A DNA stretch of 64,000 nucleotides from assembly GCA_965285935.1 (NCBI GenBank), contig OZ260665.1, positions 59,582,001 to 59,646,000 on the forward strand. Reading direction: 5' to 3'. This DNA comes from Ophelia neglecta. Taxonomy: Eukaryota. Of the stretch, positions 26,797 to 37,800 are shown piece after piece. The number at the start of each line of letters is the position of its first letter. Positions within the stretch are counted from its first letter, which is position 1. The translations under genes were made by a program, and so were the position numbers. Below the pieces are notes generated by a model. The model was not told the DNA's origin and ran no database searches. It saw nothing but the letters and a program-made list of their open reading frames with translations.

Positions 26797-29700
26797 ATAC
26801 AAATATAGGCTAGTTAAGGAGGAAATATGGACCCATATTGGCCTGAAGCAGTCATATTTTCCAATGAGCATGCATATGAGAATGAGCATATCATACTAAA
26901 CCAATAAATGAAATACTCCTCCTTGTTTCAGTACTTTTGTCAAATGTGCACATAATTTCTTATTAAAGATGAGCCATAATATTTATCAATATAATGGCTT
27001 GTTTTTCTACGTTAGTAGGGCAAATAACCTACTTACTCGCCATTTCTTACCACACAAGTGGCGGCGAGAATAATATCTCTGTTATATCAATAAGTTGGAA
27101 ATCCGCTTCTTACTTCCCAAAGCAACTATATTATTAGCAAATGTATATTAGTAAGGCAATATCCGCATTTATCATCTAGAAAGAGATCACGTAATCACTG
27201 GTATTGCTGGCTTTGGTAAAGTGATATTGATCTATAATGTGTCTTTTGGTTTTCTCACTACAAAAACCAAGAGTCGTCCAAATCTTCTGTAATGGCTTTA
27301 TAGGAAATCAAGATGCATTATTTTATAGAGCATGCATAATCATTCCATAATTTACATAGAAGCAAAGCAGTGATAAACAGCACATATCAACGTGTTTAAT
27401 TAATTATTTTAATCAATGTGCTATTTTAAGCTAACTGTAAATTACAAAATATATAGGCTTAATGGAAAAGATTTTCGCATGTCTGCAGTCAAAATTATTA
27501 TATCTTTCTGTTGGGTAACAGACCGGAAGTTACACCAGGCAGTAACAGGGCGTTCCTCTCCTTTGCAACTCTCTGTTTATCGCCCTCTGCCATTGATTGC
27601 AGTGCGTGAGTGGTGGGCTGAGACGACTAAACCCAGCTGTCTCTTCCGTAACATTTACACACAATTTATATCTCGTGTCGAGGAATAAATAACATTAGGA
27701 CAGGCCGGAATGCTGCTTGACAACACTCGGCTTTTGGACGCGGCGAAAATTGAGTTAGGCAAATGTTGGCAGCATGTCGCGGGAGGCGAGCCGGTCGAGG
27801 CTAGGTGAAGAGGGCCGTTGGCGGGATGACGATGCCGATGGGATTTGGAAGCAAACCTCACGCAATTGGCCATGTCGACAGATTCTATGCAGAGACCCCT
27901 GTAAACAGAGCAAACATGTAGGGAGCCTGCTACCGTCAGGTGGGGATTAACTGACATATATTCGCTTACACGCCTACCACCATTTGCATTCATTATCATC
28001 ACTTCCCATTCCTTTTTTTTCTGACACATGTGTTCAGGGGGCCAGCTCTGCCTACCAGCCTACAGCAATAAAAGTGGCTTCTAGAACAATTCATAATATA
28101 GAGGTCAATAGGAGAAACCGTGTTGTCGTACTGAGGTCAATGCGATAAATGGTGCAGTCGGAAGCATAACAGCGGTATCTCTTTCAGCACGATGCCACAG
28201 GTTGTCGCAATGAACACTGCTGGACGGTGAACAGGCAACAAACCAACTTCAGTCCAAATCAGCGACGATAACCAAACAATATCGTTTTGCGCATACATGG
28301 TATATAAGTGAAATTTTTATATAGTCAATTATGTGACTGGTCTTATATAAATGTTTATGTGACACAAGGCTCACTTTGCTCGCAGACCGATACGAAAGAC
28401 ACGATAAATAGGCAACCACGTTATCCAATCTTGATATTGAGGCAAACCGGAAACATTTCCACCGCATATTTACTTCTTTGTCCAATTCGTGCGGCGGTAA
28501 TCTGATGGCGACAATACCCGAGGGCCATATAGACACAGAGAAGACATCGGGAATTAGATTTGGCAGCGAAATGTATGCATGAATACGGTTACTTATTGTC
28601 TGCTCGACTCACAAGTCAATAGCATATATACCGTAGGGTTCTACATTATTGTATAGTATATATATTTATAAATGTATCACTAGAAGGATCTCTTCGGCAA
28701 TGTGTGCTATGCAAAACGGATTAATGAGTTGCTGTGTGATTACGTTAAGACTTTTATAATTACTTAAAAACATTTAAAAGGTAGTTATCGAATTTCTAAT
28801 TATTCAAAATTAATTTATATTTATTGTTATACGAAAAAGTAACGTTCTGCCATAATTCCAGAACGTGATTATATATATTTATGGATGGTGTATTTATGCG
28901 AATCTTTTTATAACAAATCGGTAAAATATGAACGACCCAAATCTAAAGAGGCTTTAACATTTAGCTTGTTGTATCTGTAACACTATATACCGTTTTACGT
29001 GCTACAATATAAAATAATGTATTAAATAGTGCAACCCAAAAGCACCTCCCGGAATATAGGTCTCCATACATTACACTTATTTTCCTTTTATGACCAAAGG
29101 CTGCCTCCCTGCTACCTAATATTGCAAGCGAATCGCTCTCGATTTCGTTAGTAGAATACATGTACCAGCAACGGAAAGAATCGTGCCCGGGGACAATGAG
29201 CATATACATAATTCACCATTAAACCAAAGCACCAAAAGTAGCCATTAATATTTTAAATGATGAGCCTACAAACCGAAGTCGATGGCCCTTTCGGGCAATG
29301 CGGGATATTCATACCCGTCAGGGAATAAACCTGATTGCATCCCCCAGTCAGGAAGCATACTACAACCAAAACGGGTATAAAAGGCCTGCGTTTTATATTG
29401 ATCACGGTAACGTTATAGACGATACACGTACAGGATCATCAAGATGAGGTCACTGGAGGCGACACAAGACGAGCCATCAGCGATCGTCCAATACTAGTAT
29501 TCAAACCATGCCTTATATAGGTTAATAATACCACCTCATTCGTACGTAATCGACTTGACCTGGGAGAGAGAGAGAGATGAAGAAGTCGCAATATGCAATT
29601 CGTTCTCACGACCTTAGTCCATTTGGCAATTTCACAAGTGAGAAGGCACAATATAAGGAAAAGAGCATTAAACTGTCTTGCAATTCAACAAGTAAAGGGG

Positions 29701-32009
29701 CACATGATAGGCAGAATACAAATGTCAGGTGAGGCATTTGCTCTAGTATACTAATTATGAGATGGGCCTTTCTACACTGCTCATTCTCCTTTTCTATCCC
29801 CTATATCCTTGGGCGGTGACGACTTGATAAGGTCGTGCCGGTGAGGACAGTCGTTGCTAAGCAAAATATCCCCAGAAATGTATAGCCAACTAGCTAAAGG
29901 TCATGGAAGAAAGCGCAATACCAAGCCAATACTGGATTATGCCATTTATAAGCGAATAATTCGCCCCCATTGCCTGATCAGCTTAAGGCATCACGCCGGC
30001 AACCCTTATAGTGAGCAAGCGGTTCATACACAGATCATAAAAGTCAAATTTGACACCATCATAAACAACTGCATGCCACTTTCAGCAAATATATTCATGA
30101 GTTTGCTGCAGCCGGCGACTGGTAGCCGAGCAGTGGGCCTGCAGTAAATCTACATGAAGACGTCGCCTCGGCCCGCGATTCCTAACCCCGTCTAGCGTAT
30201 CAGCCGGCTTTGGTCTGCGCCCAGAGGTCATGTTCGGCTCTGTGGAAGGCAACCGGAGGATTTGGCGGCAAAACATTAGAGCCAGTGCTCGCCTGCCAGA
30301 AGGAACCTAGATTAAGCGATATCGGGGGGAAAGGAATTCGCTAACCGGAAACACGATTGATTATTTATTGTTCCGGATGGTCACACCAGTTGCTTTTAGC
30401 AAAGCGACATTAAACAAAGAAGGACTTGTAAAAGAAAAGACATGTGCAAGGAATTGGAAGATTAGTGTTTTTTCGAAGTGTGCTACTGCATCTGAACAAG
30501 AGTTGCTTCTGAGTTAAGGAGTTCAAGAATTTGCCTCATTTCTGGCACAGCGATATATTTAAAGACATTCTTGTCGACTAAATGCACAGGGAAAACATGT
30601 AGCTATAACCATGTATACAAAATAAAGACCACCATCGATCACCCGATGCCACCTAACGACCTTGATCCTCCCTGGCTTCGACGGAGCCAGGGCCCTTGCT
30701 TGAGATTCAGCCACCATGCCTCCACTTTTCGCCTTCATAGATGTACCGGAAGTGACATTAAATGGGAAAAAAATTATCAAAAAACTTATAACTTAACAAG
30801 ATACGTAGTTATCTCGTCATAAACGCATATATCCGCCAAATAGCTTTTGTCATTGAGTTCTGAATTGCCAGGCCCAAAATGATAATTGGGACCGGAAAAT
30901 GGCTGACAAATAAGTAGAGCCTGAGATTATCCTAAGAGTCAGCCAGCCACCTCCCGTACTGATTGCTTTTCATGCTTGTTCTCGCCTGCCTCCGGCTTCT
31001 TTGTGGCAATGTTTATAGATTTATAGCTCAAAGCCCACGACACTGGAATTGCGACCTCTTGCAGGACAAGATGGGCACTGGCTATCGTCAGCAATAGCCT
31101 CATGACATTTTCATCATCACAGCAGGCACAAAATCTCTTTTATTATCTATTGCTTTGGATATTGCACTGGTCGGCGAAATATAAACTACTCGTTTTTCAA
31201 GTCGCTGATTAAACCGTACATAGCCCTGTTTAATTGTTAACAGGCCAGATATGTTCCCATGGTTTTCCAGTTACATGGCGTGCACTAGTTTTGTTGACTA
31301 ATCCACTCTGATAACTAAAGTGCAACTTGCGCACGGTTACCACCAAACAGTCACCCGTGCAGCTTTTCGCGTGTCCAAACGCTTGTCCAACTACGAAAGA
31401 ATAAACCTGTGAATATGACATGATTCGGTTCTTTTATAGAAGGGAACATTGATGGTTGTTAAACTGACATGCGGCGAAAAATTGATGTGTGTGATAAAAG
31501 GTGTGAAGATCATTTTTAAAGCTTATTGCTATACATGAATAGAATGTAGAACAAAGAGGATCTGGAAGATGATAGCCTGCAAGGTCTTCTAAACTTGATC
31601 TTGATATTATGAAGTGAGCAAGCTAGTCGAAATATCCATCTGCTGATAGCAGGGTGCCATGGCACGGAGGGCAGACACCTTTTTTTGGAAAGTTACCCTA
31701 ATGGGCTTCTAATTGCCTCAAATGATACCAGTTTACGCCTACAACCTGCCTCTTGCAAGCAGACTGATTCTTCTCCTTATCACCAAGGATAAATCTGCCC
31801 GTATATGTGTACACAAATAATATGAGTGCCATGACATCTATTATTCAATAACACCGTAAGTCACAATGATAAGAAAACAATCTCATATAATACTAACAAG
31901 GGTTTGAATATAGGAATGAACGCGCTACCTGTGAACCAAGTTAATAGGCGTGCTTCCTTTATTTAACATTTTCTGGCCTAAATTTTATTTTAATAAGGTG
32001 CAATAAACT

Positions 32010-32140
32010 TATTTGGAAGTTATTCCAACCAATTTGTTCCCTGGGATTTGTCCCCTGAACTATTTCCCTCGGCCGTCAGTGTAAGGGAAAGGTTCATCTC
32101 TCTGTGGACAAAGGGTTTGGTCTAGTTCTCGATAACAAGG
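32010..32140. mobile_element. Degenerate palindromic MITE-like remnant
   Basis: tttgtcc..tgaac..tttccct on the left and agggaaa..gttca..ggacaaa on the right, around a central cggccg. Confidence 0.4.
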
Positions 32141-32353
32141 CCCACGTCTTAATTATAGGGATGCCATTCTGGCCTAGTAAGTAGAGGATGAATTAATAAA
32201 TTACTTTCATAGCCATTATTGAAGGTCAAGCTGAGCAATTTTAAAGAAAACAAAAATGTATCGCCGTTTTTTCTCTCCGCTCAACAATATTTCTTCACAG
32301 TTTTTCATATTCTTAGACTGGCTGCTTCCATGCTGAATAGCTGCTTCAATTCT

Positions 32354-32367
32354 GTTGCCATAGCAAC
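32354..32367. promoter_or_regulatory. RFX X-box motif in the proximal TARP intron
   Basis: GTTGCCATAGCAAC matches the X-box consensus GTNRCC-N0-3-RGYAAC; it lies about 630 bp into the intron. Confidence 0.45.
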
Positions 32368-32972
32368 CTAAGTGAGACAGTGTTGACAGTCTGAAAAGCG
32401 TGATTGGTTATTAAAATGTAATATGTCTAAATTAAGGTATTAATTCTCGAACTGAAATACGGGACGTTCCTGAACATGGAAGATAGAGGATGGACCCTGG
32501 GCCCTACATAATACAAGAGGCGAGATGTTAAATGATGATCATGTCTGGGCAGCATTCCCTGAGATTGAGGGACAGTGTAGGTAAAGGAGACAGATGAAGG
32601 CTAGGATGAGGGGAAGCCGTCTTATATATTAATGCTGGATGAGATGGAGGATTTGGGCCGTGAGGATCTGGTGGGGGAGGTTAATCCCGAGCATTGGGCC
32701 CGGCTAATACCTGCCAGGATGGTTTACGGGCCGGGTTGCCGGGGTGAATGATTAACGCTCCATACCCGGGGCATAAATCGCGCCCCACTAGGCAGGCCTG
32801 ATCAATAGACCCGGGTGGCCATCACTCAAATCACACATTCTCAGGCAGAATCAGTGACGTTATCAGCCAAGCTGAACGCGAGGTGTACGCGACTGGTCGC
32901 TGCCGGCATCCTACAAGCCTTCAACAGCATGAATAGCTAATAAAAAAGATGCTGGAGGTAGCGGAAGAGAAA

Positions 32973-32984
32973 CAAAATGGCGGC
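32973..32984. promoter_or_regulatory. YY1-type motif immediately after the TARP exon donor
   Basis: CAAAATGGCGGC is the canonical YY1 consensus, about 15 bp into the intron. Confidence 0.35.
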
Positions 32985-32998
32985 TAGGCCGGGCTTAC

Positions 32999-33191
32999 CG
33001 TCCAGGACACACTTTCTCCACAGTCCCGTATAGGTGTGCATCTCCACAGTTGAACCGTTAGGTTCGAGCCTGCGTTCGATGGCGAAGAGCCAGTAGTCCG
33101 TGGCCACGGCGAAGCAGAGGAAGGCGAACGATGCACAGGCACATATGCTAGTCATGATCATGAGGACCTTTTTCTTACCGCAGCACCCCAT
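32999..33191 (-). CDS. CACNG: First coding exon of a stargazin/TARP-like protein (voltage-dependent calcium channel gamma subunit family, gamma-5/gamma-7-like; PMP22/claudin superfamily)
   Basis: Translation MGCCGKKKVLMIMTSICACASFAFLCFAVATDYWLFAIERRLEPNGSTVEMHTYTGLWRKCVLD(G). It shows TM1, the A-V-x-T-D-Y-W motif, an NGS sequon and the claudin-type GLW-x2-C signature typical of CACNG proteins. The ATG at 33191 is in strong context (aacATGg). The exon ends at a G|GTAAGC donor (GT at 32998-32997, phase 1), the position where vertebrate CACNG exon 1 ends (recalled). Confidence 0.92.
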
Positions 33192-34676
33192 GTTCCGCGG
33201 CTGGTGCACATTGGCGAGAATACCCCCTGCCAAACCGTGGTCCACTCGAAGAACCTCAATCGCCTTGTCCCGTCCAATCTGGATCCAAGATCCCAGGCTC
33301 CACAGTGTGCCTGCTATAATATACATATACCACGGCTAGAGGAAGCGGCTACTCGTCCTGCAAGCCTACTGATAGCACACAACACACAATACAATACACC
33401 GTCGTGGTAGTGACAAATAAAAGACAGCCGCCCGCCCACACTGGCCTGCTGCTGTATCCTTCAAAAGTACAGTCGGACGTTACTACGTATTGCACGGTAG
33501 CTACGAGTATCCTTCAGCAGACGGACCACCGTCTAAAAGACAACACCACACATATAATACGGCCAAGTGGCCTGCCTGAGATGAAGAAGCACACAGACTG
33601 AGAGGAAGAGAGGGCCCGGCATGGCCCTCACTGCTGTACACTGCGGCACTGCTGTATACGCGAGGCTGAGTGACAGTGTCTACTCCATCAGTGAAGCCAA
33701 CTGCCTGCTAATGGGACTGTGCGGCATCATTGTTTCGGCACAGGGCCTGGTCCGAGAGGTAATGGCGCCCTGTCTGCAGAGCACACACGGCCTACTGCCG
33801 TCCTTCCGAGCACTGGCCTCTCTCCATCATCCCTTGATGGCTCCCGTATCCCATATTCCTGGGCAGATTGTCCGAGAAAGAGAGCAGCTGCACGTTGCTC
33901 AGACTCCCCTCCTGAAGGCGAGTCTCAAATGTAACCAGCTCTCCGCTTGCATTTCCGCACAGGCAGCAGTACGCATGCGTGCTGAATACGCATACGCTAA
34001 ACATCAACTCAGGTGTTGGACAACCAAATGTCCTTCATTCTGAACACACAAGTTGCCATGTCTTCACTTTATTTAAAGATTCTGCTAAGAATAAAATCCA
34101 GAAGCAATGAAGCCTGTTTAATTTCTTTGCCATTGTACAAAGTGCTTAAACGACACGCAACTGCATAAGGCGCGCTCACTCGGCAGATATATCCTTTGCC
34201 GCATGGCAATTATGCAAACGGTGCAGCTAGGGCGATGCACATACAATAATTTATCAGGCCGTACGTGGATGAAGATGACAGAGGCCGGCTGATAGAGAGC
34301 AGAAGGCTGACGGTCTTCTACAAGTTGGCCAGCAAGACTGCACACAGACCTTGCGAAGACGGAGGCAACATGCAAATACGGCGGCCGATAATGGAGCGCT
34401 CTCCAAACAGGGCCACACGAGGGACATGGGGTCAAGGTCAATGAAACCTCCAGCAGAGGGAACCACTGCTCACTGTGGCTTTCTGTTTGCAGTAAATGTA
34501 TCGCAATGTTTCGTTGACAAATAAAAGAAAACAAAATGGTTTGCCACAAAAATTGAAATGCTACACAATAAATCAATTAATGGACAGATATAAGACAGTC
34601 CTTGTCTTATATTTGGATGTTTGATGGTAGTGTATTATGTTATGTTTTAGAGCATCGCCATATCTAAGTTACTTAC

Positions 34677-34738
34677 CTAATAACGAACAACGTTTGAACT
34701 TCAAAGTGTTTATTTTACTGTGTCGGTCTCTCTCTCTC
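34677..34738 (-). other. Candidate non-coding first exon of the TARP gene
   Basis: Begins about 30 nt downstream of the TATA box, in a (GA)n tract, and ends at a perfect AG|GTAAGT donor (GT at 34676-34675). Strong minus-strand acceptors exist at 33599-33598 (ccctctcttcctctcAG) and about 34083 (ttttattcttagcAG). Confidence 0.5.
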
Positions 34739-34759
34739 TCTCTCTACATGCCGCTGGCC

Positions 34760-34899
34760 TTTATATATCAGACTTGGATTAACGTGATTGGTTGGGGAAG
34801 GGCGAGTTTTGTATTTACTGTTTTTCCATATAGTAGTTGATTGGTCGAAACGGCTCGCCCCGCCTATGTAGTTTTACTAGGTTTCTGAGACGTGATTGG
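34760..34899 (-). promoter_or_regulatory. Candidate core promoter of the TARP gene: TATA box, three CCAAT boxes and a GC box
   Basis: Minus strand: TATATAAA at 34760-34768; CCAATCA at 34785-34791, 34838-34844 and 34893-34899, all in the same orientation; GGCGGGGCG at about 34856-34864. Predicted TSS about 34738. Confidence 0.55.
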
Positions 34900-37800
34900 T
34901 CTCTTAGTAAGAATCTATCCAGGGGTGTTTAAAGGGATAAAACTTTGAAAGACCAGCAACCTAAGTTCTCAGAGACATGTATAATTAGTTGGTTCATCAA
35001 AATATAGGGGGTGATGTTGATTTAACCATACGAAAAGGCTATTTATTGAATTGTGCAAATATCAACATTCTGATACAGATCTAATCACCAATTAAGGAGG
35101 TCAGCAACATAACAAGTTCTAAGTGTTATCTATGGTTACGGATCTTGTAAATACCTTATAGGTATGTTATTTATTACAACGGCGCAATTGAATTCCTGTG
35201 TTTTTCTCCTTTCGAAGGGCAGTCAACCTGGGTCCGGGTGTTTACAGTGGTGGGCTGCTGATTTATATAAGATCAAAGTTGGCGGAATAACACTACAAAG
35301 ACGCCATCGCAAGCATTTAAATGACAATAATTTTGCATAGTTGAAGATGATATGTGGCTGGCTATATTTTATATTTATCAATAAAGAAATGATTGTGTCC
35401 ATAATACATAGTACGTTTTAATGGAATTAACGTTACCGTTCCCAGTAAGGTCTATCAATCGACATGCTGCCCCTTGGCAATGCAATTTTTCCAAGAGTTA
35501 CCAACTCGGCCAAGTTGTCAATATGTATTAAAGTAAGGAATACAAGGGCTATGAGGCGAATGCAGCCGCAGCTTGACGAGAAAGTAATGTTATGGAGGGT
35601 TCAATTTCTATGCCCTCGGAGGGTTTTATCCGATACCAACAAGCAGTCATTAATTTTATCCTTGTCAAACTCCTCGAGTAAATAATACGTGCTGATGAAT
35701 ATTAAATTCTGGTCCATGGAGATTTTCTTCTTATTGTCGATGTTAAGCCGTACTTTGCAATTAAGAGCAGTTTCTTTTGAGATAAGTATCCTGGAGATGG
35801 CATTGAATTGCGCTAGATTGCCTGCAGTTCCTTGTTAGGTCCAAACTTTACAATGATAGGAAAGGAATTGCAATCGAATTCATCGTGCTAAATTAAACCA
35901 CGGTAAGCCACTGCTAAAACTGCCAAGTAATGGCAGCGCTTGCATGGCGACCTTCGTTAAGCAATACTCACAGCCTTTTAAATGTTCCCCGCCCATTGAT
36001 TGCCCCCAGACATGTAATGCTTTGTGCTGCACACGAGGTGCCTGCATCAGTTGAGGAGAGAATTTCACGACTTGGTTGTTTAAATCAGCCTAGTCGCAAT
36101 AGATTATACCAGTGTCCTCAATATACTCAGGTGCTATATTGTCCTGAGCAGAACGGCTCCGGAAATGATAGAAGCATTGTGAATCAGATGACCTTGTTAT
36201 AGAGCGGACACTTCATGGCATGCATTTCGGTAGCATTACATTGTGGCAAGGTCGTTGTCCGCTGGTAGCCCCTACATAGTAATCATTACTGCACTCATCG
36301 AAAGTCGACTTTACAGTGGCTGAGAACCGTGCAGTCTCCAAACTTGTTCTCAAATTGTCGGTTCCCGTGGGTCTCTACTGATCATCATAGCATAAACTAG
36401 CATGTTTCTACTGCAACAATTCATGCAGGCCAACCAGATGATGCCCGCGTACAAAATTTCACGATGCGGGCTTTTACAGCATTCTTGGTTTTTTTCCTGC
36501 CCAAACAAATCTTGCCGAGGCCTGACTAAATCCTACAGCTGCTTCGCCGGTTGGACTTCTGTTTACGAATTGTTTCTATAATCCCCGATGATTTGTATGA
36601 TTCATACATCGTCCTGTCAACTTTTTTCTTATCGATTTCATATGGTACATACATCACACAGGAGGTGGTTTATGAACAATCTTTCATTGCCATTTTGGTT
36701 TAAACGCTTGCTCGACCACAAATGTTTTACATGGCCATTGGTATTGAGATAAGCGTAGACTCTTATGGAGAAAGTACCTTCTCTTAAAAACGTAATGACA
36801 TGACAACAGCAACATCCTTATAACATTGGTGTGCTAAATCCTTATGAATATGACAATCAAATTACCGACAAAGCCATCCATCATTATCATAATATGATAT
36901 AGAGTCAGTTGGTGCTTCATAACAGTTGAAAGACGAAATAATCAGCAACAATGGATACATCTTGTTAAAAATGTACTCACCCTACAAAAACCATTAATAG
37001 GATGGTTCATTCTTCAAATAAAGACCTACTATTATTAACGGTTTGAATGACCCGCTGATGGGTTGAGGTGGAAATGCCTTTTAAGCGATAGAAAATTCTT
37101 CCTTCCGAAACTAGCGGGTTTCTTGACTTTGCAATTAAATAATATAATTGCTCAACACAAAGCAGTAATTATTCTCAGTTTTCAAAAATTCTTGAAAAGC
37201 AAAAAACAAAACAAAGAAAATTCCATATTAAAGATCGTGGCATCAATTTCAAACAGATACTTTGAAGTCTATTTCCTGTTTCCCGATTAAGAAACATTGG
37301 CCATTGCGTATGAATTGGAATGAGCAGGAAATACTGCAGTCCATACTATACTCTGATCGATTAGTGCAACGCTTTCTTAGTAGCACTCTGTTTAATCTTG
37401 TTTACTTCAAGCTTAGATTTTTAAAGTAAAAAATGATTTACCTGATATGTTGAACTGCTTGAAAAACATACAAGAAGGCTGATCTGGTCAAATTTTAAAA
37501 GTTTTGGAGTGTCGTAATCAAATGTCGATTCCTGTGCACAGGATCGAGGAAGGGCGGTTGTTTCTTCCATGCTTCATGTTGAATGACGTAACACCTGTTG
37601 ATTTGTTCAGTGTATACCCGGCAGACAAAGGAAAATCATAAATCCAGAATAGTCCACCAAACTAGTCCAATAGGGTGACATGACAGTTCTTAAACCTCTG
37701 AAAAGGAAAAAAGGTTTTATATCTTCTCTTTGGCGAAATGCAATTGTAAATATGTAGAGTGAACCAATTAGGCTTTTGTAACTGAACACATGCTTCTGCA

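Noticed and set aside
30455-30477. miR-7-like sequence TGGAAGATTAGTGTTTT
   Set aside because: Several mismatches to this highly conserved miRNA and no complementary star arm.
32937-32998. C-terminal part of the 129-aa TARP ORF (KPGLAAILFLFRYLQHLFY)
   Set aside because: Read-through past the GTAAGC donor into the intron.
33513-33532. RE1/NRSE-like motif (a similar one lies near 21350)
   Set aside because: Wrong half-site spacing and mismatches; REST regulation is not expected in a probable protostome.
35470-35560. Weak RT-like peptide on the minus strand (LVFLTLIHIDNLAELV)
   Set aside because: No YADD/FADD core or other supporting motifs.
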